In this document: positions 36,880 through 47,528 of the stretch, one piece after another
Position numbering within the stretch: the stretch's first letter is position 1
Layout of the letters: each line of letters begins with the position of its first letter
Assembly: GCA_963976765.1 (NCBI GenBank)
Contig: CAXBME010000027.1
Coordinates: 1-64,000 of the forward strand
DNA: 64,000 bases
From: an uncultured Planctomycetaceae bacterium
Lineage (GTDB): Bacteria > Planctomycetota > Planctomycetia > Planctomycetales > Planctomycetaceae
Direction: 5' to 3'
Notes under the pieces: generated by a model
Databases searched by the model: none
Seen by the model: the letters and a program-made list of their open reading frames with translations, nothing else
Told to the model about the DNA's origin: nothing
Translations under genes and position numbers: made by a program

Positions 36880-37709
36880 TTGCCACCGCCGATCAACGTA
36901 GCTCGCCATCAAGCGTGGTTGGTTCCAAACGTGACTACATCTCGCACTCGGCCATCACGACGTACCAGCAGTGTCCACTGCGTTACCGGTTCAAGTACGT
37001 CGATGGCCTGCCCGAGACCGTCGTGTCGTCCAGCCTGATCTTCGGCGGTGCCATCCACTCAGCGCTGGAGTTTCTCTTCACGGAGCTGCTGTGTGGAAAC
37101 GAGCCACCATCTCAGGACCAGTTGCTGGACGTCTTCCAGGAAGCGTGGCGAGGGCGAGCAGTCGATTACGAAGACATCCGCTTCGGCAAGGGTGAGGACC
37201 ACAACTCACTCAGTGCCCTTGCAGACCGGATGCTGACCGCCTTCCGCGAAAGCCCTGACTTCACAATCGACGACACCGTCATCGGCATCGAAGAAGAGTT
37301 ACGCGGCGAGCTCGTCCCCGGCGTCCCGGACCTGCTCGCCCGCATCGACCTGCTCACGGCGACAAACAACGCGCTGGTCATCACTGACTTCAAAACAGCC
37401 CGCAGTCGCTGGTCCCAAACTCAGGCCGAGAACTCATCATCACAACTGCTGCTCTACAGCGAACTCGCCCGACGTCTGCTTCCCGGTTGGAAGGTGAAGC
37501 TGCGTTTCCTGGTGCTGACCAAGACAAAGAAGCCAACCGTCGAATCCTTCGACGTCGATGTGAGCCAGCATCGTGTTTACCGCATCACGAAAGCCGTCGA
37601 GCACACCTGGCGAGCCATCGAAGCCGGCCACTTCTACCCGGCCCCCAGTCCCATGAACTGTCCAACCTGCCCGTTCCGATCCGAGTGCAACGCCTGGACC
37701 GGCAACTGA
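36876..37709 (+). CDS. PD-(D/E)XK nuclease, RecB/AddB-like with four Fe-S cysteines
   Basis: CPLRY, ARIDL, TDFKT, QLLLY, CPTCPFRSEC. Confidence 0.88.
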   Translation: MIATADQRSSPSSVVGSKRDYISHSAITTYQQCPLRYRFKYVDGLPETVVSSSLIFGGAIHSALEFLFTELLCGNEPPSQDQLLDVFQEAWRGRAVDYEDIRFGKGEDHNSLSALADRMLTAFRESPDFTIDDTVIGIEEELRGELVPGVPDLLARIDLLTATNNALVITDFKTARSRWSQTQAENSSSQLLLYSELARRLLPGWKVKLRFLVLTKTKKPTVESFDVDVSQHRVYRITKAVEHTWRAIEAGHFYPAPSPMNCPTCPFRSECNAWTGN

Positions 37710-37747
37710 TTCCACACACTCATTCACCCCAGCAAGGGAGACGCTAC

Positions 37748-37927
37748 TTGTCTTCAGCACGCCATAAGCTGAACGCCGCCTACATCCACGGTTCCCTAAT
37801 CATCGCCGCCCTCCTCGGAGCAATCGGTCAATCCTGGAACGTCTTCATCCTCACCGCCGCCGTCCTGACAGCAACATCAGTCCTCGGCGGCGAAATCCGC
37901 CTCAAGCAGCAGACACCTCGTCGTTGA
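37748..37927 (+). CDS. Small membrane protein
   Basis: GGGAG RBS, TTG start, two hydrophobic segments. Confidence 0.55.
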   Translation: MSSARHKLNAAYIHGSLIIAALLGAIGQSWNVFILTAAVLTATSVLGGEIRLKQQTPRR

Positions 37928-37954
37928 GTATCCTGTTTGTAAGCCAATAGAAAG

Positions 37955-37993
37955 GCCCGCCTGTCACGGACGCTTGGTTCGTGACAGGCGGGC
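37955..37993. terminator. Hairpin between convergent operons (likely terminator)
   Basis: Perfect 14-bp IR gcccgcctgtcacg / cgtgacaggcgggc. Confidence 0.7.
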
Positions 37994-38058
37994 ATGATTG
38001 TTTTTCTTATCTATCACCCTGGAATTTCTCGGCAATCAGCAAGCAGGATGTACTGCCA

Positions 38059-40548
38059 TTATGAGTTGGGGACGCGAAAAGACTTTGCGATCGCATCCAG
38101 CTGCGGGCCGACCGTCGCTTCCTGCGTGGGTGTCGTCCAAGCGACAACGCAGAAATATCGATCAGGAGTCTCAAAGGTCACAATTCGATAGACCATCCTG
38201 CCGGCTCCTTCGAATCCGCTTACCTCAGTGGACTTCGCTGGCAACGCCCCCGATGTCCAATGGATGGTTGGCTTTCGTTTCGGGTCCCCGAGAGCACTGG
38301 CGAGGTTATCGGTGATTAGATTCATGTATTCATCATGCGTCATTGGCCGAAGGTCCGCCTTGGCTTCATACCGCACAAGTAGTGCCGAATCTCCGGAGGC
38401 ATTTGCGGCTTGAATCGCCGGCGTGGGCTGAATGGTCGCAAGTTCCGCATTTGGGCCCCAGCCTCCGGGAACGGTGATTTCACACAGGCCATCCGGACTG
38501 CGCAGCACCTGCGGTTGACTGTTGCTGGCAACAGCCTCGGCCTCCTCAGTGGCCGCCAAAGCACCAGACATGGCCGTAATTGTCACGGAAAGTTGAATCA
38601 GGGCGACCATCAGGATGAACATGCCGTTCATCGTGAGGCGAAGTTCTGGTGATGGTTTCACGGGCTTTCCGCGAGAGAGCCAGTACTTGTCCAGGATTCC
38701 AAAGCCGCAGATCACCAGGCCTGCAACAGTGGCGATCCCCAAGAGGCCCTCGCTCCACTCGATCAGTGCTCGACTTCCCAGTGCGAGGAGAACACCATTT
38801 AATTCATTTGCAACGAGCCCGGCGGCGATCGCTGTGCCTCCCCACAGTTGCCACGGGTGCCGGAATCCCGATGCCGTCACGTTGGAGGGGGCAGTCGCTC
38901 GCTCGCTGCTGTCGAGACCACTTTGAGATTTACGACTGCTATTCCACCGACCCAAGGCTTCAGATGCCCAGCCCGTTCGCGGTATTCGAGCTTGAACAAA
39001 GTCTCGCATAAACCGGCATCCCCTCCCGTACCCCCGAACCGCACTGTATGTGAGGCCGGCAAACATCAGCCCCTGTAAGCCAAACATGATCATGAAGAGG
39101 ACGACTTTCCCCGGAGTAAATCCAGCGACGAGCAGAGCAAGAATCACGCAGGCAGCGGTGACCGTGTAAACTGCACAGCCGAGTTTCAGAACCCCAATGG
39201 TGCCATGTCCGGAATCGTCGAACGCGACAGTTCGCTTCTGAGCTGTCTCAGTTGTGTCTGACTGATAAGGAGACAGGACATCAGATTTGGTAATACTCAA
39301 TTTACCCAGAACGCCAGTTGCGGTCTGGTTCCGGTTGTCTGGTACACGCGAGAGCAGTTTCTTTAAGGTTGAATCCAGCGCTTCTGAAATCTGTGGGTTG
39401 ATCTGTGACGGCGGTACCCACACGCCGTGGGGACGATCGCCGGTCAGCAGTTCGTAGAACGTCACGCCGAGTGAGTAGAGGTCCGATCGCTGATCAACCG
39501 GGGCGGAGCCGGAAAGCTGCTCAGGGGACATGTACTCGAATGTGCCCGGCACCATTCCGGTCGTGGTACAGGCCGTGGCTTCGTCGCCAAGCTGTTTGAC
39601 CAGGCCAAGATCGCTGACTCGGGCGTGACCGTCACTGGCAATCAGGATGTTGGCTGGCTTGATGTCGCGGTGAATCATGCCGGCTTCATGGATCGCCGAG
39701 AGGCCCTGCAGGACTTCCCGAAACCAGCGAGACGCCGTTGCCGCGTCGCAGTATCCCTCGTCTTTGCGGTTCTGCTGGATGATGTCGCGGAGGCTGCGTC
39801 CGTCGATCCACTCCATGATCAGATAGCTGAAACCACTCGTTTTGCCCGAAGTCAGCACACGCACCACATGCGGATGATTGATGCGTTCAAGTGACTGGAC
39901 CTCGTCGCGGAACCGTCGCACAGCGTCCTGGTTGTCCTCTCGTGACATCAGCAGTTTGATCGCCACTTGATGGCGGCCATCGGGAGTGAGTCCCTGCAGG
40001 ACGAGTCCCATTCCACCACGAGCGACGTATCGCACGGCCGTGTAATCACCGTACTCGGCCGGGACGAACTGCACTGGCTTGTCCTCGCCACTCCGGATCG
40101 GAAGCTGAGACAGTCCACAGTCGGGACAGGCACGGGGCAGATGGCCGGTCTGATTCACATTGGTCGATCCACAGTCCGGGCAGCGATCAAAGTGTTGTGT
40201 CGGTGAGGGCGTCTCGACCAGTCCGCTGAGGCACTCGAACTGTGCACCACCGATCTGAAAGGTTCGTCCGGGTTGCAGTACCACTTCGGTAACGGGCTGC
40301 CCGTGCTCAAGGATGGGGCCAGTGGCAGACTGTGAGCGAAGACACAGGCTCCCATCGGCTGCCCGATCGACGCGGGCGTGGGACCGATCGATCGTGTCGT
40401 CGTCGGTCAGGCAGACTGTGTTCGCTTCCGAACGGCCGATGGTCAGACCTTCGGCGATGTAGAGATCGGTCATTGATCCGTCAGCACGACGGACGCGGAG
40501 ACGCAATCCACTGGATGCGCTGATCTTTGAAAGCTGACTGTCGGTCAC
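38059..40548 (-). CDS. FHA + Zn-ribbon + Ser/Thr kinase membrane protein
   Basis: IGRS...SHA (FHA), CPDC twice, GGMG, HRDIKPAN, DLG, YMSPE, several TM helices. Confidence 0.92.
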   Translation of the reverse strand: MTDSQLSKISASSGLRLRVRRADGSMTDLYIAEGLTIGRSEANTVCLTDDDTIDRSHARVDRAADGSLCLRSQSATGPILEHGQPVTEVVLQPGRTFQIGGAQFECLSGLVETPSPTQHFDRCPDCGSTNVNQTGHLPRACPDCGLSQLPIRSGEDKPVQFVPAEYGDYTAVRYVARGGMGLVLQGLTPDGRHQVAIKLLMSREDNQDAVRRFRDEVQSLERINHPHVVRVLTSGKTSGFSYLIMEWIDGRSLRDIIQQNRKDEGYCDAATASRWFREVLQGLSAIHEAGMIHRDIKPANILIASDGHARVSDLGLVKQLGDEATACTTTGMVPGTFEYMSPEQLSGSAPVDQRSDLYSLGVTFYELLTGDRPHGVWVPPSQINPQISEALDSTLKKLLSRVPDNRNQTATGVLGKLSITKSDVLSPYQSDTTETAQKRTVAFDDSGHGTIGVLKLGCAVYTVTAACVILALLVAGFTPGKVVLFMIMFGLQGLMFAGLTYSAVRGYGRGCRFMRDFVQARIPRTGWASEALGRWNSSRKSQSGLDSSERATAPSNVTASGFRHPWQLWGGTAIAAGLVANELNGVLLALGSRALIEWSEGLLGIATVAGLVICGFGILDKYWLSRGKPVKPSPELRLTMNGMFILMVALIQLSVTITAMSGALAATEEAEAVASNSQPQVLRSPDGLCEITVPGGWGPNAELATIQPTPAIQAANASGDSALLVRYEAKADLRPMTHDEYMNLITDNLASALGDPKRKPTIHWTSGALPAKSTEVSGFEGAGRMVYRIVTFETPDRYFCVVAWTTPTQEATVGPQLDAIAKSFRVPNS

Positions 40549-40589
40549 ATGGCACCGTTATGTCTGTCTAAGGAAACTGTTGTGAAGCG

Positions 40590-42719
40590 TCAGGCGATCC
40601 CGATCTGCCGGGACCAATGCTGTTCACGTCGAAAGAAGACGCAGGTCGCGGCGACGCTCAGAGACGCGACCAGCGCCACCAGATGCAGCAGGTCGACCAT
40701 CCATGCCCACCACGGTGCGTCCGCCGACTGTAGTTTGGCGGGCGTCAGCGCGAGGGTCGCAGGCCGCGATACAAGCAGCAGTGATATACCGCTGACCGAG
40801 TTCGCGAGCATCCGGCGTTTCTGCTCACCTCGATGCTGGCTCTCAGGCTCGTCAAGGGCGTCGGTGTCGACTTCGCTGCCAAAGGCTGCCCAAAGTGTCT
40901 GGAATGGTCGATCGCTGGTACGGGTGTCCTCGCCAAAGCCAGTCGCGACGACGCTGATCATGAGTTGCGGCATGATCAGCAGAGGAAGCAGGGCGACGGC
41001 GTTCTGTGACGACGACACAAGGGTGGACAGTATCAGCCCCATCGCAAGGCCGCCGCAATAGGCAAGATGCAGCATAAGGACGCATCGGATCACTCCGACT
41101 GCCAGCACGTCACTGAGAGCCTCGGTGAGCATCGCTGTGCCGCAGAGTCGCACGATGAGCAGCAACAGGATGACCTGCAGCAATCCGACAACCGCGTAGA
41201 CACCGGCCTTGGAAGCCAGGTAGGCAGAGGGCCTGACGCCTGCGATTCGCTCGCGGATGTAGCGGCGGCGTTCGCCCACAAGCAGCCGCGACGCATTGTT
41301 CAATCCAAGCCAGATGGCAATCACCACACAGAAGAAAAACACCGGGGTTGCTCTCGCACGGTATTGCGACAGGCAGGTGAGAAGTCCCAGAGCGACTGGT
41401 TGTGCGACGAGTGCCATAAGAAATCCAGGATTGCGCCGCATGGCCTGCACCTCGCGCTCCGTGAGTGTCCGAACCTGATCAGCCAGCAGAGATGTGTCGA
41501 CTGTCAGCCTCGATGACGGCAGCGCCGGAGCTATGGAAGAAGGCGTGCTACCGGCCTGTGAGTCACTGTCTGGAGAACTGAGCGGTCGTGTCGCATCAAC
41601 TCGAAGGACGTCTTCGCTTTGGTCGTCATCAAGTTCCTGTCGAGGCTCGAAGCTGCCTTTCTCCAGACGCTCGTACAGGTCTGCGAAGCTGCGGCACTCG
41701 AAATGTGACAGCAACTGCTCCGGGGGACCGGAGTACGCGAGCCTGCCCATGTCGCTGGAGACTCCCAGCACAATGACATGGTCAAACAGGCGAATGTGAT
41801 CCATCAGGTGTGTGGTACAGACGACTGTCGTGCCGCGATTGGCGATCAGGCGCAGTCGTTCCATCAACTGGGCTTCCGTCGCAGGGTCGAGCCCGGACGT
41901 GGGCTCGTCGAGCAGCAGTAGACGTGGGCGTTGGAGCAGCTCGAATCCAACGCTCAGCCGCTTTCGCTGGCCGCCGCTTAGCGCCTCAGTGAGCGTTCCG
42001 GAGTGCCGTTCGAGTCCAAGTTGCACAAGGACGTCATCGACGGAAGACAGGTCGGCTCCCGAACGCAGTTGAGCGGTGAACCTCAGGTTCTCCCGCACGG
42101 TCAGTTTCCCGATCATGTCCTCATGCTGCGGGACGTGCCCGAGTCCGGATCGGTAGTGATCCTCATTTTCGGAAACCTCGCGGTCGCCATCACACCTCAG
42201 ACTGCCTGCCGCGTATGGGATGTAGCTTCCCATGCAGTTCAGCAGCGTGCTCTTTCCAGCACCGCTGGGCCCGAGGATTCCCACAAACGCGTCGGCCGGG
42301 ATATCGACAGACAGCCCGTCGATCAGCGTCTTTTCTTCAGGAGCAGAAAATGTTCGGGAACCTGCCGGTCGGGAGATTCGAAGCTGACGCATCGAGAGGG
42401 CGTAGCCGTGTGGCGCGATCTCGGGCTTGAGTCCCGTTGTCTCGACGCGATAGACCGAGGCGGTCCCGAATCGCAGGCGGTCTCCCGGACGCAACTGTTG
42501 GCTATGAACCCGCACTTCGTTCACGAACGTCCCGAACCGGCTGTCGTGATCCTCGACGGTCAGCACAGCGCCATCGCAAAGAACCGTAGCGTGCTCGCGA
42601 GAAATGGAAGGGTGGTGCAGTCGGAGACCGCTGGAACGCGATCGCCCGACCTTCAGTCCCTCCGCCGGAATCGGCAGAACGTCAGACTCTGAGGCATGAT
42701 TCGGAAACCCGTCGGTCAT
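40590..42719 (-). CDS. FHA-domain ABC transporter (ATPase + ABC-2 permease, Rv1747-like architecture)
   Basis: VGRS..SREHA..GTFVN; GPSGAGKS, LSGGQ, DEPTSGLD; TM C-terminus. Confidence 0.9.
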   Translation of the reverse strand: MTDGFPNHASESDVLPIPAEGLKVGRSRSSGLRLHHPSISREHATVLCDGAVLTVEDHDSRFGTFVNEVRVHSQQLRPGDRLRFGTASVYRVETTGLKPEIAPHGYALSMRQLRISRPAGSRTFSAPEEKTLIDGLSVDIPADAFVGILGPSGAGKSTLLNCMGSYIPYAAGSLRCDGDREVSENEDHYRSGLGHVPQHEDMIGKLTVRENLRFTAQLRSGADLSSVDDVLVQLGLERHSGTLTEALSGGQRKRLSVGFELLQRPRLLLLDEPTSGLDPATEAQLMERLRLIANRGTTVVCTTHLMDHIRLFDHVIVLGVSSDMGRLAYSGPPEQLLSHFECRSFADLYERLEKGSFEPRQELDDDQSEDVLRVDATRPLSSPDSDSQAGSTPSSIAPALPSSRLTVDTSLLADQVRTLTEREVQAMRRNPGFLMALVAQPVALGLLTCLSQYRARATPVFFFCVVIAIWLGLNNASRLLVGERRRYIRERIAGVRPSAYLASKAGVYAVVGLLQVILLLLIVRLCGTAMLTEALSDVLAVGVIRCVLMLHLAYCGGLAMGLILSTLVSSSQNAVALLPLLIMPQLMISVVATGFGEDTRTSDRPFQTLWAAFGSEVDTDALDEPESQHRGEQKRRMLANSVSGISLLLVSRPATLALTPAKLQSADAPWWAWMVDLLHLVALVASLSVAATCVFFRREQHWSRQIGIA

Positions 42720-42724
42720 GCCGA

Positions 42725-43846
42725 CTACTCCATCGCACAGGAGTAGGTGATCTGCAACTGCGGACGAGCGCGAAACTGTGACTCGAACAGCAGGTGATCT
42801 TTCGATGTTCTCTCAATCAGCAGTTCGCCTGCTACGACGGCTCGGCGGACGTAGCCGTCGTCGAGCAGGAACTGTAAGTCGCCGGATGGTCGCAGTCGCC
42901 CAACGCGATGCTGAGACTTGTCGGACGAGTTGATCTCCAGCACTCCGTCGGTGATATGCAGAGTAGCAACTCGACCACCATTGATCGTCCGATTCTCGCC
43001 GCGTCGGACTGTGACCTCACCACTGGGCACGCCTTTCCAGGTTGGGTCCAGCAGTGTTCCGAGATGCTGTCCATCAACCGCCCATTCCTCACCCTGCGCA
43101 ATGTCGAGGTCAGGCATGATGTGGTAGTCGAACAGCACTGCCGTCTTGTAAATCAGGGTCCGCTCGTCGTCAGTAAGCGTCCCCTGAACGTCTTCCACAT
43201 TCACGACACCTCGACCGTCTTCGAACGTGATCCGGACGGCTTTGCCTTCAAGTGCTTCAACTTGAGCCAGTGCCCTAATTGTTTCTCCCTCGACGACCGC
43301 AGTTGCGAGTCCCGAGGCAACCTTCTCGACAATTGGCTGTAGCTGTTTCGCAGTCAGGACAACTTCGCCTGAGCCCGGCACAAGCCAGTCGAGGGCCATT
43401 AATAGCGGAAAGCCCGGCTCACCGACGTTGATACTGATAGTTGCTTCGCTCAGGAGCTTGGTGCTGCGAACGGTTTCGAAGGTACGGACTTCGACAATTC
43501 GCGTGCCGTCATTTTCCTCAATCCTTCGCGTGACGACGAAGTCCGTGAGGAACCCGATGTTGACGACTTTGGTAACTCCCCAATCGCGGTCTTCGACCTG
43601 GCTGTCCATCGCTGCCCGCACTACCGAGCGGTAGGTTCGCCCGACCTTGGCTGTCTCCTGGATGCGCGCGGGATTTGCGATCGGCTCGTGCGGAATGGCA
43701 GCCTCCGGCAGAGAGTCGGACGAGCCTCCTGACATCGACACGATGAGCACAACCAGAGCCAATAGGATGCCGGCCAGAAGCACATTGGTGAATCGCTGAG
43801 GTGGCTGACTGTTCGGTTCGGTCGGCGGCCCGCTCGGATTGGACAT
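42725..43846 (-). CDS. Membrane-anchored or exported hypothetical protein
   Basis: N-terminal hydrophobic helix; first gene of the FHA operon. Confidence 0.7.
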   Translation of the reverse strand: MSNPSGPPTEPNSQPPQRFTNVLLAGILLALVVLIVSMSGGSSDSLPEAAIPHEPIANPARIQETAKVGRTYRSVVRAAMDSQVEDRDWGVTKVVNIGFLTDFVVTRRIEENDGTRIVEVRTFETVRSTKLLSEATISINVGEPGFPLLMALDWLVPGSGEVVLTAKQLQPIVEKVASGLATAVVEGETIRALAQVEALEGKAVRITFEDGRGVVNVEDVQGTLTDDERTLIYKTAVLFDYHIMPDLDIAQGEEWAVDGQHLGTLLDPTWKGVPSGEVTVRRGENRTINGGRVATLHITDGVLEINSSDKSQHRVGRLRPSGDLQFLLDDGYVRRAVVAGELLIERTSKDHLLFESQFRARPQLQITYSCAME

Positions 43847-44477
43847 AGGTGAATTCCTGGTTGTACGTCATGCAAAAAATCGACTGCTCTACTTCAAAGC
43901 GAAAGCGGGTCGCAGACTGTGACAGGTAATCCGGAGAGAATTCGAAATCCGGTCGCGGCGGTCGGCGCAGGAAAAAGGGCGCCGAACCAAGACCGCTCCA
44001 GACAGCCCCCACCAAGGGGCACGACAGAACAGCACAAGGCCGACGCCCCCGTCGCGTGGGCGTGGCACTCAGTGCTGCTTCTGTCGTTCAAGAGCCCGAG
44101 GGCTCAGGTTGGTGGTTTTGTCTGGAAACAGGCTGACGCTCACGCGTCAATCAAATTGTCAAAGTCAACAGCCACGCTGGCTGTGACCGGAGCAATGTTA
44201 GATGGCACGATTCTTTCGAGTGAGAAGATAAGGAGACTGGGGTGTCTGCCATTTCGCAGCACGCGTCAGTCGATGTTCAGGTTACCAGTCACCGCGACCA
44301 GCTTCCAGCGGACGGCAACACCTGGTCTCATTGGAAATTTCTGGCTAACGTGTTCGGCATGTCACGGAGCGTTGTTGTCGCTCGATTTGCCAGATCACCG
44401 GAAACGGGCGAAGGCTGAGACAGCCACGACCTTGTTATTACCCACACGAGCTCAAGTTGCCTGTCGCACCTCGACCT

Positions 44478-45170
44478 ATGTCTGTTTGCACGCAGTCCAG
44501 TCTCATTGATGACTGGCTCGGTCGGCTGCGCGCTGGGGATGATTCGGCTCGTGGAGTGCTGATTGAACATTCGTGCGAGCGGCTGCGGCTGCTGACGCGG
44601 CGGATGCTGGGCGACTTCTCGCGCGTGCGACGCTGGGAAGAGACTGACGACGTGCTGCAGAACGCACTCCTGCGGCTGCATCGGGCGTTGAGCGATGTGC
44701 ATCCGCGGTCGACTCGCGACTTCATCAATTTCGCCGCGACGCAGATTCGCCGCGAGCTGATCGACCTTGCACGTCGGCACTTCGGACCGGAAGGGATCGG
44801 TGCCAATCATCATTCCGATCGGGACTCGGTCGAGACTGGTAGGCGGGCGGGATTCGCAGACGGCATCGCGGACGACGACGGCACATTCAGTCCGGACGGG
44901 CTGGCGGAGTGGTCGGAGTTTCACTCGCAGGTGGCCGCGCTGGCAGAGCCACTTCGCGAAACCTTTCAACTGCTGTGGTACGAAGGGCTGACTCAGGGTG
45001 AGGCCGCCGACGTGCTGGGTGTGTCGCGGCGGACGGTGATTCGCCACTGGCGAGCCGCCTGCGTCGAGCTGTACCGGGTGATGCACGGCGAACTGCCAAG
45101 AGCGTCCAGGCAGCCTGTGACCGGAGATGGTGTAACTGCGCAGTCCGTGACCCGGGAGAGCAAATCATGA
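44478..45170 (+). CDS. ECF RNA polymerase sigma factor, kinase-linked type
   Basis: ETDDVLQ, RRELIDLARR, YEGLTQGEAADVLGVSRRTV; overlaps kinase start. Confidence 0.9.
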   Translation: MSVCTQSSLIDDWLGRLRAGDDSARGVLIEHSCERLRLLTRRMLGDFSRVRRWEETDDVLQNALLRLHRALSDVHPRSTRDFINFAATQIRRELIDLARRHFGPEGIGANHHSDRDSVETGRRAGFADGIADDDGTFSPDGLAEWSEFHSQVAALAEPLRETFQLLWYEGLTQGEAADVLGVSRRTVIRHWRAACVELYRVMHGELPRASRQPVTGDGVTAQSVTRESKS

Positions 45171-47407
45171 CTCCGACAGGCAGTGAGTGTCTGATCGACG
45201 ACCTGATCGATCGCTGGGAAGTTGCGTTCGCCGCCGGCCGGGAACTCAGTCCGGAAGAGTTGTGCGGTGAGCACCCGGAGCTGCTGGCCGTCGTCCGGGA
45301 ACAGATCGCGGCTCTCAAGTGGCTGCCGTCGCCGCACCGTGACGACTCGTCGGGATCAGGCGACTGCGGCGCAGCGACGCACTCTGTCTTCGGATCGGGA
45401 ACGCTGCTGCTCGATCGCTACCGCCTGCTGGAATCCGTGGGGGACGGTGGCTTCGGCTCTGTCTGGCGGGCATTCGATGCGGAACTGGAACGATACGTCG
45501 CCGTGAAGATTCCTCACCCGTCCCGGACAAGCGGACTCGCGAATGTGCAGTTCTTGGCGGAAGCACGACGGCTCGCGAAACTGCAGCATCCTGGAATCGT
45601 GCAGGTGTTCGACGTCGGGCGGCATGAAGACGTCGTGTTCATCGTGACGGCGTTCGTCGATGGTCGAACACTCGCCACTGATGTTGCAGCGGGGCCAGCG
45701 AGCGTTCACGAGGCGGCTTCCGTCATCGCTCGGGTGGCCGAGTCACTGCACGCGGCTCACGAGCAGGGCTTCGTCCATCGAGACATCAAGCCAGCCAACA
45801 TCCTGCTGGATCAGTCGGGTCAGCCGTACGTGACAGACTTCGGCATCGCCATCACGGCTGAAGTGCAGGCCGGTCAGCCGGGACTCTCCGGCACGCTGTC
45901 GTACATGGCCCCGGAGCAGGCTCGCGGCAACGGTGAACCTGTCGATGCCCGTACCGATGTCTTCGCACTGGGCGTCGTCCTGTATGAACTGCTGACCGGC
46001 GTGCGTCCCTTCGCCGCTGACAATCCTGGCGAGCTGCGTCGCCGCATTGATGAAGCTCAACCCGTTCCGCCTCGGGCAGTAAATCCTGCCGTGCCACGTT
46101 GGCTGGAAGCGATCTGTCTGCGGGCACTCGCCCGCGATCCAGCCGACCGCTTCAGCTCCACCAGAGAGATGGCCGACGCCATTCGTGCGGCGGAAGGGCG
46201 ACCGCTTCAGAAGTACGTGCTGGCTGCCGTCGTGGTGGTCAGCCTGGTTCTCGTCGGTAAGGCAGCGGGGCCCACACTCATTGTCTGGTTGCGACACGAG
46301 CCAGCCGCCGATTCAGAGCCGCGTTCTGAATTGGATCGAGGCGTCCCACAAACATCGGGGCGATCAGTCGCAGAGCCGGCGACTGTCATCGAGTCAGCAA
46401 CGGTTTCCCGCACCGACGTGGCCCGTGAAGCAACGTCGCCAGCTCCCGGCGAGCCAGCCCTGATCGAGCCAGCCGTCATCAAGAGCGACCTGGTGCTGCG
46501 CGGCCACACCTCGACGGTCAGCAGTCTCGCCGTGTCCGCCGACGGCCGTCACATCCTGTCCGGGAGCTGGGACAACACGCTGCGGTTGTGGAATGCTCAC
46601 GCCGGTGACTCGATCCGCGAGTTCCATGGTCACACCGAGGGCATCGGCGGAGTCGCGTTGTCGTCCGATGGCAAACTGGCGGCGTCGGGAGCCGGCCACT
46701 TGTACCGCGACGCCACGCTGCGACTGTGGGACGTCGAGACCGGCGCTGAGCAGCACCAGTTCAAGGGCCACACCCACAACATCATGGCAGTCGCCTGGGC
46801 CGCGAACGGCGAGTTCCTCGTCACCGGCAGTCTCGACACGACAATCCGACGCTGGATTCCGGCATACAGTCCCGAGATGACCATGCTGGGAACTCGCCGC
46901 CAGCCGGACATCAATAACTGGGCCGGTCAGGTGTGGGCCGTTGCCGTATCGCCGGACAGTTCGCGAATCCTGGCAGGACTTCGCGATCACTCGATCCGCC
47001 TGATCGATGCGGAATCCGGTCAACAGTTACTGTCACTCGGCGGCCACACCGATCAGGTCCGCAGCGTTGTCTTCTCGCAGACTGGCACCCGATGCCTGTC
47101 CGGCAGCCTCGACGGCACCGTCCGCCTCTGGAACCTGACCACCGGCGAGACCATTCAGGTATTCCACCCGGACCTCGGAGCCATCCACACCGCGATCTTC
47201 GGTCCCGACGAGACTTCGATCCTGACCGGCGGCCAGCACCACAGCTTCGTGATGCTCGACATCGAAGATGGCCGCCTGCTGGCCCGCTGCACCGGCCACA
47301 CCGGGCCGATCGCGGCACTTGTCCTCGGCCCGTCCAGAACCGTCCTCTCATGCAGCCATGATGCCTCCATTCGTCGCTGGCCATTACTGGCCGTCTTGAC
47401 AGACTGA
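45167..47407 (+). CDS. Ser/Thr kinase with TM helix and WD40 repeats
   Basis: GDGGFG, HRDIKPAN, DFG, YMAPE; repeated GHT...LW units. Confidence 0.93.
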   Translation: MTPTGSECLIDDLIDRWEVAFAAGRELSPEELCGEHPELLAVVREQIAALKWLPSPHRDDSSGSGDCGAATHSVFGSGTLLLDRYRLLESVGDGGFGSVWRAFDAELERYVAVKIPHPSRTSGLANVQFLAEARRLAKLQHPGIVQVFDVGRHEDVVFIVTAFVDGRTLATDVAAGPASVHEAASVIARVAESLHAAHEQGFVHRDIKPANILLDQSGQPYVTDFGIAITAEVQAGQPGLSGTLSYMAPEQARGNGEPVDARTDVFALGVVLYELLTGVRPFAADNPGELRRRIDEAQPVPPRAVNPAVPRWLEAICLRALARDPADRFSSTREMADAIRAAEGRPLQKYVLAAVVVVSLVLVGKAAGPTLIVWLRHEPAADSEPRSELDRGVPQTSGRSVAEPATVIESATVSRTDVAREATSPAPGEPALIEPAVIKSDLVLRGHTSTVSSLAVSADGRHILSGSWDNTLRLWNAHAGDSIREFHGHTEGIGGVALSSDGKLAASGAGHLYRDATLRLWDVETGAEQHQFKGHTHNIMAVAWAANGEFLVTGSLDTTIRRWIPAYSPEMTMLGTRRQPDINNWAGQVWAVAVSPDSSRILAGLRDHSIRLIDAESGQQLLSLGGHTDQVRSVVFSQTGTRCLSGSLDGTVRLWNLTTGETIQVFHPDLGAIHTAIFGPDETSILTGGQHHSFVMLDIEDGRLLARCTGHTGPIAALVLGPSRTVLSCSHDASIRRWPLLAVLTD

Positions 47408-47528
47408 CAAGTGAAATGCAGCAATGCCCAGAAACTATGCAGCCCTGCATCGAGGCTTTGGTCGCACTTTCGCCGTTTTCGCTCCTTCTGAAGTCGGTCG
47501 CACCACGGGTGCGGGCAGTCGAGCGTTT

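Noticed and set aside
36876..37709. Cas4 / CRISPR locus
   Set aside because: No repeat-spacer array or other cas genes anywhere in the window; the protein fits a stand-alone RecB-like nuclease.
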